In this document: piece by piece, positions 54,767 through 64,000 of the stretch
Layout of the letters: each line of letters opens with the position of its first letter
How positions within the stretch are numbered: the first letter of the stretch is position 1
Assembly: GCA_048772705.1 (NCBI GenBank)
Contig: JBLWGC010000081.1
Location: 15,566 to 79,565, forward strand
Length of the DNA stretch: 64,000 bases
DNA from: Leidyana gryllorum EB-2025a
Taxonomy: Eukaryota > Protista > Apicomplexa
Direction of reading: 5' to 3'
Position numbers and translations under genes: made by a program
Notes under the pieces: model-generated
What the model saw: the letters and a program-made list of their open reading frames with translations, nothing else
Told to the model about the DNA's origin: nothing
Databases searched by the model: none

Positions 54767-54839
54767 TGGACGACCTGGGCATCGATCCCAGTACCTCTCG
54801 CATGCTAAGCGAGCGCTCTACCATTTGAGCTAGTCGCCC
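54767..54839 (-). tRNA. trnA: tRNA-Ala(AGC)
   Basis: Intact. Confidence 0.93.
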
Positions 54840-54927
54840 GTTGTGCAGACCCCATCGCATTTATCGGTTGTCAACATAGCATGACCACTCTCTCGACTCT
54901 ACCCGCGAATTGCACCACCGACCAGTC

Positions 54928-54999
54928 AGCTGTTTGGTCTAGTGGTATGATCCTTCCTTAGGGTGGAAGGAGTCCTGGGTTCGATTCCCAGAACAGCCC
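54928..54999 (+). tRNA. trnP: tRNA-Pro(AGG), G1>A
   Basis: Loop TTAGGGT. Confidence 0.83.
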
Positions 55000-55074
55000 T
55001 CTGGGTTGTCGGTTGACCCAACCTGCCTGGCAGCATGGTTCTGGGTTCGGGTGATTCTTCGGAGACAGTCGGGG

Positions 55075-55147
55075 GGGAGTGTAGCGCAGTCGGTAGCGCG
55101 TAGGTCTCATAATCCTGAAGTCGAGAGTTCGATCCTCTCCACTCCCA
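55075..55147 (+). tRNA. trnM: tRNA-Met(CAT), elongator
   Basis: Intact. Confidence 0.93.
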
Positions 55148-55476
55148 GGGTCGGAATCGAAATCGCCGACAAACTCATCATGCTATCGTTTTGCATCTGT
55201 CTGAATCGCACACGGGTTATCTTGATGGCAGCGAGAGACTCTTCCACTAGACCACAGATGCAGAACACGATCCTGTTGACTCTTGTACCTGGTGAGAGCC
55301 ATTCTTTATAAGCCTATCGATGCATCAAAGCCTTCTGCCGGAATCGAGCCGGCGCCTTCTCGCTTACGAAGCAAACGCTCTGCCCCTAAGCTTCGAAGGC
55401 AATGTAAGTTGGAGATAACGAAACGATGGCTACTGACGGAGATTAGTGGAGCACTTTGGGCGAGTACTTCAATGGC

Positions 55477-55549
55477 TTCCACTGCCAGGACTTGAACCCG
55501 GATCGTGCGGGTGAGAGCCGCATATCCTAGCCACTTAGACTACAGTGGA
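55477..55549 (-). tRNA. trnE: tRNA-Glu(CTC)
   Basis: Near-intact. Confidence 0.88.
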
Positions 55550-55782
55550 CAAGTCCTCGAGTTCAGGCTTCGGCCGAGAGCCGAACCGTCTCGGAAAGAT
55601 TCCACCATCAGTACGACTGGAATTTGTTACCAAGTCCGAGCTTTCTTGCCGCCCCAACTCCGTCGGTAGAGCGCAAGACTTTTGAAGGGAGAACCGCGGG
55701 TTCGGGCGGCGCGAGCAGTCCTAGTAAAGCTTGCTGAACCGTATGTGACATCACTGGCCGCAAAATGCCGAGTTCGACAGGT

Positions 55783-55864
55783 GGCAACTTGCCCGAGTGG
55801 TTAAGGGGGTAGACTCAAAATCTACTGGGCCTGGCCCGCGCTTGTTCAAATCCAGCAGTTGTCG
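55783..55864 (+). tRNA. tRNA-Ser body with CAA anticodon
   Basis: GTAGA-CTCAAAA-TCTAC; one T-stem mismatch. Confidence 0.7.
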
Positions 55865-55928
55865 TGCGATGTGGTGGAAATGATGCAATTCGCAGCATCA
55901 AAAACTCATATGGGTCGAGACAGGGAAT

Positions 55929-56000
55929 GCCTCCTTAGCTTAGGGGCAGAGCATTTGCTTTGTAAGCGAAAGGTCGCTGGTTCGATTCCGGCAGGAGGGT
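55929..56000 (+). tRNA. trnT: tRNA-Thr(TGT), mismatches
   Basis: Loop TTTGTAA. Confidence 0.72.
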
Positions 56001-56177
56001 TCAGTCATTAGCCTAAACAGGGTTGCGATCATCCGCCCGCATTTTCGGACGGCGACTTGCACACAGCACTCGGCCATCTCGCCGAAGTGTTGTTGGCTCG
56101 CCGTTCCACCCGTTTCCCGTCGTGTAATCTCAAAATGCGAGGACTTCTGGGGTTGGAGGCCGGCGTGTTTACTAGCG

Positions 56178-56249
56178 TCCGAGATAATGTAGTGGTCAGT
56201 ATTTCCGCCTGTCACGCGGAAGACCCGGGTTCGATTCCCGGTCTCGGAG
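56178..56249 (+). tRNA. trnD: tRNA-Asp(GTC), D-stem variant
   Basis: Loop CTGTCAC. Confidence 0.8.
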
Positions 56250-56303
56250 CACAGTTGCTTTCGCTTGAGATTGTCTTTTTGGTGCTCGCTGAAAGTTGCG
56301 AGC

Positions 56304-56376
56304 TACAACCAACGAGGATCGAACTCGAGACCTTCTGCGTGTAAAGCAGACGTCGTAACCACTAGACCAAGGCTGC
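56304..56376 (-). pseudogene. trnV: tRNA-Val(TAC), damaged
   Basis: Loop TTTACAC. Confidence 0.65.
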
Positions 56377-56699
56377 GTGGATGGTCCCCGCAGCCCAAGA
56401 GAAGTGGCGAAGCTTCAGGGAGTAGTGAGGACCAGTTCAAGGGTCGGGCCGGGATCGAACCCAGGTGGGGAAATCCAAAGTGTCCAATGCTAACCACCAA
56501 GGACGCAGTCGGTTCAGCCCATCCCAGAACAGTCGGACTAGCGCTCCCTCAACTGGAACACATGCAACACGGGTCTCTCTAACCTCTGAAGTATTGTAAC
56601 TGGCTTTTGTATACAGCCCCCAGCGTAAAGAGTTGGATTCGAGTCGGCCAAAATCCTCAGTTCAATCATTGAAGCAGATGCGCTCTCCCAGAATGCTAC

Positions 56700-56781
56700 C
56701 GACAAGGATGAGATTCGAACTCACGCGGGTAGAACCCAACGGCTTAGCAGGCCGCCGCCTTAACCACTCGGCCACCTTGCC
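56700..56781 (-). tRNA. trnS: tRNA-Ser(GCT)
   Basis: Intact. Confidence 0.92.
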
Positions 56782-57185
56782 GACGACATGTCTTACTCGC
56801 TGGCACTTTTTCACAACGGTTTGGGGGAGGTTCTGAGATCGAAGACTTCTTTCACCCCACGAGTATCGAGATGACCGAAGCCTCTCCATGCTGCGGTGGC
56901 CTACTGGATAGGGCATCGGTCTTCGGAACCGGGAGTTGTGGGTCCGAGGCCCATCCGCATCATAGCCTCTCACTCGGAAGACCTTCCGTTTCGACCGAGG
57001 CAAGCTTGCTAGCTGTATGAGAGCCGCTGCCCCCTATGTCCAGTTGAAGTGCTAGTGGTATCAGTTTCCTTCGTCTGTGGAAGTGCTCGTTTCGATCCCC
57101 GAACAGTCCGTTCTTGAGTAGGTTGCAGACAGCTGGAAGCAGAAATTGCCCGAGTCTCTCGGGGTGCTGCAAATCTTTCGCAATT

Positions 57186-57256
57186 GCACTTGTGGTCTAA
57201 GGGTAAGATGCGGCCCTTCCAAGGTCGTAACCCGGGTTCGAGTCCCGGCAGGTGCA
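57186..57256 (+). tRNA. trnG: tRNA-Gly(TCC)
   Basis: Near-intact. Confidence 0.88.
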
Positions 57257-57558
57257 GCCGTATATAGGTCGAACGACCTGTATATCAGTGAAGTGAGGGG
57301 ACTGAGTGCCAATACAATACAACGGCTCACAAGAGTGGGATTCGAACCCACGCCCTTTCGGACTGCGGGCTGAACACAGCGCCTCAAACCACTCGGCCAT
57401 CTTGCCGGAGCGTTCGCCACTTTACAGGTTTTCTGTCCGTGAAGTTCTCGAGAAGGAAGACTTTTAGGGTTGAAGACGCGGAAGACGCGGGTTCGATGCC
57501 CTGTTTTGGAGAGAGCCTGTTTCCTCGCTTTGGTGGGACTCACTTCAAAGATTCGAGC

Positions 57559-57631
57559 TACAGCCACCTGGGATCGAACTCGGGACCTTCTGTGTGTGAA
57601 GCAGACGTCGTAACCACTAGACCATGGCTGC
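57559..57631 (-). tRNA. trnV: tRNA-Val(CAC), mismatches
   Basis: Loop TTCACAC. Confidence 0.68.
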
Positions 57632-57695
57632 ATGAAAGCTTTCCGCAGACCAAGAGAAGTTGCGAAGTTTCAAGATGTAGTGATGACTAGTTGCG

Positions 57696-57767
57696 AGGTC
57701 GCGCCGGGAATCGAACCCAGGTCGGGAGATTCAAAGTCTCCAGTGTTAACCACTACAACACGGAACC
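57696..57767 (-). tRNA. trnQ: tRNA-Gln(TTG), mismatches
   Basis: Loop CTTTGAA. Confidence 0.72.
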
Positions 57768-57949
57768 ATTCACGACCAAGATTCAGAAGAGTGAGTTAAG
57801 CCATTGGGACTGGAAATAAATGCGGTCAAGGGCTCGAACGTTTCCGTGCCATTGAGACGACACGCGCTCGATACGAGGCGGCTTCAAATCTGGGTAAGTG
57901 CAAAAAGATAGCACGACGAGTTTGTCGGCGGTTTGAACTCGACGGAGCG

Positions 57950-58022
57950 TGGGAGTGGAGAGGATCGAACTCTCGACTTCAGGATTATGAGACCTACGCG
58001 CTACCGAGTGCGCTACACTCCG
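57950..58022 (-). tRNA. trnM: tRNA-Met(CAT), elongator, G1>C
   Basis: Loop CTCATAA. Confidence 0.78.
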
Positions 58023-59167
58023 CCTCCGACTTTCTCCGAGGAAATTACCCGAATCCAGAAGCATGTTGACAGGCAGGTTGGGTCAAGATACAACAAATTG
58101 GGCTGTTCTGGGATTCGAGCCCAAACCTACTTTCACCCTAAGGAAAAATCATATTACAAGACCAAACAGCCACTCGGTGATGCAACCCACCGGACTGATC
58201 ATACTGTGTAAAGGATCACTGAATGGCACGGGGCTTGCGCAACAGGCGACTAGCTAAGATGCTTGAGCGGTCTCTCAACGTGCGAAAGGGACTGGGATCG
58301 ATGCCCAGCCCATCCAAACTATATGCATGGAATCTTCGCCAGTTTAAGTACGGTTGGAGCATCAACACTGTTTGCCGAAGCCCAGCAGGGGGAATAGTAA
58401 TTTTCAAAGCACACCTCTACCTCCAGTGGGAGGGAATCGTGGTGAGATGCCGGAAGTCAACCGACGACCAAGAGGGCTGTTCTGGGAATCGAACCCAGGA
58501 CTCTTTCCACCCTAAGGAAGGATTATACCACTAGACCAAACAGCCGACTGATCGGTGGTGCAAATTGCTGGTAGAGTCGGGAGACTGGTCATAACATGTC
58601 AACAACCACTAAATGCTATGGGGTGTGCACAGCCGGCGACTAGCTCAAATTATGTAGCACTCGCGTAGCATGCGAGAGATGCTGGGATCGATGCCCAGGT
58701 CGTCCAAACTTCTAGCGGCTGCACCTCCGGTATCTGAAAACAGAGTCACGACCGAATGGAGTTGACGCCGGATCACATTACACGACAACTGCTGGATTCG
58801 AACCACCGCGGGCCAGACCCAGTAGATTTCAAGTCTAACCCTTAATCACTCGGGCAAGTTGCCGCTGTCGAACTTGGCATTTTGCGGCCAGTGGCTTCAC
58901 ATACGGTTCAGCGAGCTTTACTAGGACTGCTCGCGCCGCCCAAACCCGCGGATCTCCCTTCAAAAGTCTTGCGCTCTACCGAAGGAGTTGGGGGGGCAAG
59001 AAAGCTCGCCCCGTACCCGAGGAAGGCCCAAGATTCCACGATCAATACAAATGGAATTGGTTACTAAGTCCGAATCTGTATCAGATATCCACTCACTTGA
59101 TCACGCCGACATACCATGTTTTCCAAGACTGTACGGCTCTCGGCCGAAGCCCCAACTCAACCACTCG

Positions 59168-59240
59168 TCCACTGTAGTCTAGGTGGCTAGGATATGCGGC
59201 TTTCACCCGCACGATCCGGGTTCAAGTCCCGGCAGTGGAA
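59168..59240 (+). tRNA. trnE: tRNA-Glu(TTC)
   Basis: Near-intact. Confidence 0.9.
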
Positions 59241-59732
59241 GTCATTGAACTACTCTAGCAAAGTGCTCCACTAATCTCCGTCAATAGCGATTGTTTCGTC
59301 ATCTCCGGCTTCCATTGCCTTCTTAGTTTAGGGGCAGAGCGTTCGCTTCGTAATCGAGAAGTCGCCGGTTCGATTCCGGCAGAAGGCTTGACTACATCGA
59401 CTGGGCACCTGCAAAGCTTAAGTCTCTCAAGCTCCAATCATCTTAGCCGAGCCTCGTAGTTCAGCCACCAGAGGGTAAGTCTCTTAGCCACAAAGTCGCA
59501 GACTGGAACCTGCCAGTACTTGAGGCACCCACTAGCTCAACGCAGACTGCGGCCGAGTCTCGGGGTGCTGGAGCTCTTTCTCGAGTGCACTTGTGGTCCA
59601 AGGGTAGGATGCGAGCTTCCCATGCGAGCAGCCCGGGTTCGAGTCCCGGCAGGTGCAGCCGATCGTACAGGCTTGACCATGGCTGCAACAATATTTTCAA
59701 CCGGGGCGAAGAGCAATGCACTTTAGACTGCT

Positions 59733-59804
59733 TGTCCGAGCCAGGAATCGAGCCTGGGTTTGCACGGCCACAACGTGCTGTCCTAACCACTAGACGACTC
59801 GGAC
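59733..59804 (-). tRNA. trnH: tRNA-His(GTG)
   Basis: Stems intact, C54. Confidence 0.87.
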
Positions 59805-60278
59805 AATCTTTGAGCGAGGCTGTAGAGGTAGCGAAGCATCGATCAGGATGGAATGCGTTGTAAGAAGTCCACTCCTCAACTCCCGGCGGACGGAATTTCC
59901 TCGTCGAATAGCTGATGCCACCACTACCATCAGATGGGTTGCCATCTAAGCACCCCGGGCCGTGAGAAAAGCCTTTCTTCTCGAGACTTCACGAACAGAA
60001 ACCGTGTAAAGTGGCGAGCCAAGAACACTCCGGCAAGATGGCCGAGTGGTACAAGGCGCTGTGTTCAGGCCGCAGTCCGACGCAGTTTTTGTCCGTCGAA
60101 TCTCGAAACTGGTAAGACGTCTGAGGCTGAAGGCCGGCGTGTTTGCGAGCGTCCGAGATAGTATAGTGGTTAGTATTTCCGCCTATCAGGCGGAAGACCC
60201 GCGTTCGATTTCCGCTCTCGGAGCACAGTTGATTTCGCTTAAAACTCTCCCCTTTGGTTCCCGCTGAAAGTTGCGAGC

Positions 60279-60351
60279 TACAGCCACCGAGGATCGAACT
60301 CGGGACCTTCTGCGTGTGAAGCAGACGTCGTGACCACTAGACCGTGGCAGC
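60279..60351 (-). tRNA. trnV: tRNA-Val(CAC), acceptor mismatch
   Basis: Loop TTCACAC. Confidence 0.75.
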
Positions 60352-60406
60352 ACGAATGGTCCCCGCAGCCCAAGAGATGGCGAAAATTCAGGGAGTAGTG
60401 AGGACC

Positions 60407-60466
60407 GAATCGAACCCAGGTCGGGAGATTCAGAGTGTCCAGTGCTAACCACTACACCACGCAACC
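60407..60466 (-). pseudogene. trnQ: tRNA-Gln(CTG), 3' end deleted
   Basis: Loop CTCTGAA. Confidence 0.65.
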
Positions 60467-60626
60467 GCTTCAGCCCATCCCAGAAGAGTCGGTAGAATTA
60501 TCCGGACTAGCGCTTTCTCAAATGAACACACGCAACACGCCCGTAATCTGTGCCGCACTTGAGAACTTGAAGTGTCACTTTTGAGGTTCTGAGGTTGAGT
60601 CTGCGAACCTCGACGCCGTTGGCCGG

Positions 60627-60706
60627 CCGGGGGTAGCTCAGTTGGTAGAGCATCTGACTGTAGTACTGGCATCAGATAGTCGGCGGTTCGATTCCGTCCC
60701 ACCGGA
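60627..60706 (+). tRNA. trnY: tRNA-Tyr(GTA), intron TACTGGC
   Basis: Same as 12920 with one intron substitution. Confidence 0.88.
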
Positions 60707-61239
60707 AGTAGCGAGGTGCTGTGCAAACTACTACTCAACCTGATGGACTTTGGCAAAAAGCGTTGATGGGCCAACTGGAGTTAATCTGGCGAAGATTCCA
60801 TGCATATATAACTCAAATGTTGTCTTAGCTGAGCAGCATATCTCATCCGACCTTGGATAGACTGACGTTTTGAGTCAACAAGTACCAGACGGGCTGTTCT
60901 GGGAATCGAACCCAGGACTTCTTCCACCCAAAGCAACGATCATATCACTAGACCAAACAGCCGAATATTTGGGTGCATGCGACGGGATATACACACGAAG
61001 ACATGAATTGACTTCCACTGTCCACCCAACGGCAAATATGGTGTAACTAAGTTTAGAGCTTTCTTCCCGCCCTAGCTCAGTCGGTAGAGCGCAAGTGGCT
61101 CACGGACAAAAAACGCGTGGAGCGATCCAACAACACTGTCGCAAGATGGCCGAGTTGTCTAAGGCGCTGTGCTCAGACCGCAGTCCGAAAGGGCGAGGAT
61201 CTGGGGTTGAGCCGTTCGAACCCCGGAGCAGTTGGACGG

Positions 61240-61319
61240 CCGGGGGTAGCTCAGTTGGTAGAGCATCTGACTGTAGTGCTGGCATCAGATAGTCGGCGGT
61301 TTGATTCCGTCCCACCGGA
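61240..61319 (+). tRNA. trnY: tRNA-Tyr(GTA), C56>T
   Basis: 7-nt intron. Confidence 0.78.
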
Positions 61320-61582
61320 AGTAGAGTGGTGATTGGCAAAGTACTACTCAACCTGATGGTTTTGGCAGACAGCGTTGATAGGCCAACTAGACTACTCTGC
61401 TGAGGGTTCCATCTATGTAGTTCGGATGGGCTGAGAATCGATCCCGGAACCTTTCGTATACTAAGCACCGTTTCATCATCTGGGCTAGCCTCCCGCTGTG
61501 CAGACCCCATCGCATTTAGTGGTACTTCACATAGTATGACCACTCTCTCGAGTGTACCCAGCGGGTTGCACGACCGACGGGC

Positions 61583-61654
61583 GGCTGTTTGGTCTAGTGG
61601 TATGATCCTTCATTAGGGTGGAAGGAGTCCTGGGTTCGATTCCCAGAACAGCCC
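61583..61654 (+). tRNA. trnP: tRNA-Pro(AGG)
   Basis: One anticodon-stem mismatch. Confidence 0.82.
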
Positions 61655-61790
61655 TCTTGGTTGTCGGTTGACCCGATGAGATAAGCAGTTTTTAGAACCA
61701 ACGCAGCCAGCTCGTTAGCAGACTTCGGCACTCAAGGCAATTAACATCTCAAGAATCGCATTTCGGCTCCCTCTTCCATGTTGCAGACCG

Positions 61791-61862
61791 AGCAGTGTAG
61801 CTCAGTGGAAGAGTGTTGGGCTCATAACCCAAAGGTCCGTCGATCGAAACGACGCACTGCTA
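61791..61862 (+). tRNA. trnM: Initiator tRNA-Met(CAT)
   Basis: Intact, matches 26846. Confidence 0.93.
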
Positions 61863-61911
61863 AGTGTGCGCAGGAGGGAAACAGCTATAGAATTGATTGC
61901 GTCGTGACCAA

Positions 61912-61983
61912 AGCCTTCTGCCGGAATCGAACCGGCGACCTTTCGCCTACTAAGCGAATGCTCTGCCCCTAAGCTAAGAAGGC
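61912..61983 (-). tRNA. trnT: tRNA-Thr(AGT)
   Basis: A38>G variant. Confidence 0.85.
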
Positions 61984-62059
61984 AATGCAAGCCAAAGATC
62001 ACGAGTCAGTCACTATTGACGGAGGTTACTGGAGCACTTTGCTCGAATGGTCCAATGAC

Positions 62060-62132
62060 TTCCACTGCCGGGACTTGAGCCCGGATCGTGCGGGTGAAAG
62101 CCGCATATCCTAGCCACTTAGACTACAGTGGA
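62060..62132 (-). tRNA. trnE: tRNA-Glu(TTC), T54>C
   Basis: Loop CTTTCAC. Confidence 0.83.
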
Positions 62133-62416
62133 CGAGTGGTTGAGTTGGGGCTTCGGCCGAGAGCCGTACCGTCTTGGAAAATATGGAATGTCGGCGTGGT
62201 CAAGTGAGTGGATCTCTGATACAGATTCGGACTTAGTAACCAATTCCATTTGTATTGATCGTGGGATCTTGGGCCTTCCCCAGGTACAGGGCGAGCTTCC
62301 TTGCCGCCCCAACTCCGTCGGTGGCGCGCAAGACGTTTGATGGGAGAACGGCGGGTTCGTGCCGGCGCGAGCACCGTATGCGAAGCCACTGGCTGCAACC
62401 TGCCAAGTTCGACAGC

Positions 62417-62498
62417 GGCAACTTGCCCGAGTGGTTAAGGTGGTAGACTAGAAATTTACCGGGCCTGGCCCGCGCTGGTTCAAATTCAGCAGTTGTCG
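62417..62498 (+). pseudogene. trnS: tRNA-Ser(AGA), several mismatches
   Basis: Loop CTAGAAA. Confidence 0.68.
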
Positions 62499-62567
62499 TG
62501 CGATGTGGTTGGAGAGGTAAACACCAACTGACACGTGAATTTCTGGAAAAAACAACAATGTGTCCTC

Positions 62568-62638
62568 TGCATCTGCCGGGAATCGAACCCGGGTCGTCTC
62601 GATGGCAACGAGACATTCTACCACTAGACCACAGATGC
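62568..62638 (-). tRNA. trnG: tRNA-Gly(GCC)
   Basis: Intact. Confidence 0.94.
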
Positions 62639-63203
62639 GTGACACCTCCGTTCCTGACCACCAAGTAATGAGTCTGGAGCGGGGGATGGTTTTGGGCCTA
62701 TGGCCAACGCACCGCGTCTGACTCCAGATCAGAAGGTTGGGTTTTCGAATCACTATGGGCTCAATCAGACTCTTTTGTTTTTCCCGTGTCAGGCTCAACC
62801 TGACAAGAGTGGGATTTGGACCCACGCCCTTTCGAACTGCGACTTGAATACAGCGCCTTGGACCCCTCAGCCATCAGCTCGGTTCCTGTCCCGCTACTCC
62901 AAGCGTTCCCTGTCTGTTGAAGCTAGAGAATGGAAAAGCTGGGCTCTGAGGTTGGGGCGTGCCTCCGACATGGTATCAAAGTTATATTTCCGCCTGCCAC
63001 GCCAACGATCGGGTGGGTACCAGCTCTGAACGCATTCATTTCCAATCCCAATGACTTCATACACTCTTTTAATTCTTGGTCGTGAATGGTTAGCACTGGA
63101 GACTTTGGATCTCCCGAGCTGGGTTCGATTCCCGGCGCGACCTCGCAACTAGTTCTACTTCTTGAAACTTCGCAACTTCTCTTGGTTCCCGCAAAGCTTT
63201 CGT

Positions 63204-63276
63204 GCAGTCATGGTCTAGTGGTTACGACGTCTGCTTAACATGCAGAAGGTCCCGAGTTCGATCCCAAGTGGCTGTA
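63204..63276 (+). tRNA. trnV: tRNA-Val(AAC), T-stem mismatches
   Basis: Loop TTAACAT. Confidence 0.65.
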
Positions 63277-63428
63277 GCTCGAATCTTTGAAGTGAGTCCC
63301 ACCAAAGCGAGGAAACAGGCTCTCTCCAAAACAGGGCATCGAACCCGCGTCTTCCGCGTCTTCAACCCTAAAAGTCTTCCTTCTCGAGAACTTCACGGAC
63401 AGAAAACCTGTAAAGTGGCGAACGCTCC

Positions 63429-63508
63429 GGCAAGATGGCCGAGTGGTCTAGGGCGCTGTGTTCAGGCCGCAGTCCGAAAGGGCGTGGGCTCGAATCCCAC
63501 TCTTGTCA
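63429..63508 (+). tRNA. trnL: tRNA-Leu(CAG)
   Basis: Two substitutions. Confidence 0.8.
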
Positions 63509-63577
63509 GCCGTTGTATTGTATTGGCACTCAGTCCCTCACTTCACTGATATACAGGTCATTCGACCTACATACAGC

Positions 63578-63648
63578 TGCACCTGCCGGGACTCGAACCC
63601 GGGTTACGACCTTGGAAGGGTCGCATCTTACCCTTAGACCACAAGTGC
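63578..63648 (-). tRNA. trnG: tRNA-Gly(TCC)
   Basis: Intact. Confidence 0.92.
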
Positions 63649-63729
63649 AATTGCGAAAGATCTGCAGCACCGCGACAGACTCGGGCAATTTCTGCTCCCA
63701 GGTAGTACTTTGCCAATCACCCCTCTACT

Positions 63730-63809
63730 TCCGGTGGGACGGAATCGAACCGCCGACTATCTGATGCCAGCACTACAGTCAGATGCTCTACCAACTGAGC
63801 TACCCCCGG
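63730..63809 (-). tRNA. trnY: tRNA-Tyr(GTA) with 7-nt intron
   Basis: Same as 12920. Confidence 0.88.
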
Positions 63810-64000
63810 CCGTCCGACTGCTCCGGGGTTAAAAAGGCTCAACCCCAGATCCTCGCCCTTTCGGACTGCCGTCTGAGCACAGCGCCTTAGACAACTCGGC
63901 CATCTTGCCACAGTGTTGTTGGTTCATCGCTCCACGCGTTTTTTGTCGGTGAGCCAAAATAGAAAGACTTCTGGGATTGGAGGCCGGCGTGTTCAGAGCG

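Larger units (their letters stand above)
19650..54860. repeat. ~1.3 kb direct duplication (~19650-20950 vs ~53560-54860)
   Basis: Arg-TCG/Gly/Leu-psi/Asp-psi/Val-psi/Gln(CTA)/Asn-psi/Ala with shared lesions. Confidence 0.85.
9240..55790. repeat. ~1 kb inverted duplication (~9240-10300 vs ~54725-55790)
   Basis: Lys-psi/Glu/Thr/Gly-psi/Met/Pro/Ala with shared private lesions, reverse-complemented. Confidence 0.8.
34060..63280. repeat. ~1.2 kb inverted duplication (~34060-35290 vs ~62060-63280); part also related to ~5650-6520
   Basis: Val/Gln-psi/Asp-psi/Leu-psi/Trp-psi/Gly/Ser/Lys-psi/Glu with shared lesions. Confidence 0.85.
1..64000. repeat. Eukaryotic tRNA gene/pseudogene mega-array built from shuffled gene-spacer modules
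   Basis: A-box (TAGCTCAG/TGGTCTAGTGG) and B-box (GGTTCGANTCC) cloverleafs every ~150-250 bp on both strands across the whole window; the same spacers recur many times. Confidence 0.97.

Noticed and set aside
1-64000. All ORFs in the six-frame track (60-192 aa)
   Set aside because: They overlap tRNA genes in arbitrary frames and strands, repeat tRNA-derived peptides (GSIPG, GIEP, AQLVE), mostly begin at GTG/TTG, and show no recognisable domain.
1-64000. CRISPR-like repeat-spacer pattern
   Set aside because: The repeats are 71-84 nt tRNA cloverleafs of many kinds, the spacers themselves recur, and there are no cas genes.
1-64000. Bacterial, phage or organellar tRNA array
   Set aside because: No encoded CCA, many A34 anticodons, eukaryotic initiator Met and His features, a 37/38 intron and mixed strands all point to a eukaryotic nucleus.
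1-64000. tRNA-derived SINE family
   Set aside because: No common tail, poly-A or target-site duplications; all isotypes are involved and copies move as multi-gene segments.
1-64000. 5S rRNA, snRNA, tRNA-Sec or telomeric repeats interleaved with the tRNAs
   Set aside because: I saw no recognisable motifs by eye; an Rfam cmscan would be needed to exclude diverged copies.
1-64000. The whole mosaic as a pure assembly artefact
   Set aside because: Paralogous segments carry private substitutions and indels with graded divergence and shared derived lesions, which fits real duplication history; it cannot be fully excluded without reads.

Overview
This window is non-coding. It is a dense eukaryotic nuclear tRNA gene and pseudogene mega-array. 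By approximate manual count it holds about 150 near-intact tRNA genes plus a similar number of visibly decayed, truncated or chimeric copies, on both strands, roughly one every 150-250 bp from end to end. All 20 amino acids and initiator Met are represented, covering almost the whole standard eukaryotic anticodon set. I saw no Arg-CCG or Sec; Ile-TAT, Gln-CTG and Gly-CCC appear only as damaged copies. Eukaryotic signs: no encoded CCA, A34 anticodons (AGC, AAT, AGG, AGA, AGT, AAC, ACG, AAG), initiator Met with A1-U72 and a GATCGAAA T-loop, and an intron in tRNA-Tyr. The array is not a simple tandem repeat. It is a mosaic of a limited set of gene-spacer-gene modules, re-joined in different orders and orientations, with 0.2-3 kb direct and inverted duplications. 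Several breakpoints fall inside tRNA genes and create chimeric tRNAs. Many spacers are themselves older decayed tRNAs, most genes lack an adjacent oligo-T Pol III terminator, and several near-intact bodies carry shifted anticodons. The ORF track is spurious: the ORFs are shadows of tRNA sequence. From memory the Asp and Gly bodies resemble alveolate tRNAs, so a dinoflagellate-like host is a guess only. Coordinates were read by hand, duplication boundaries are approximate, and not every decayed copy is listed.
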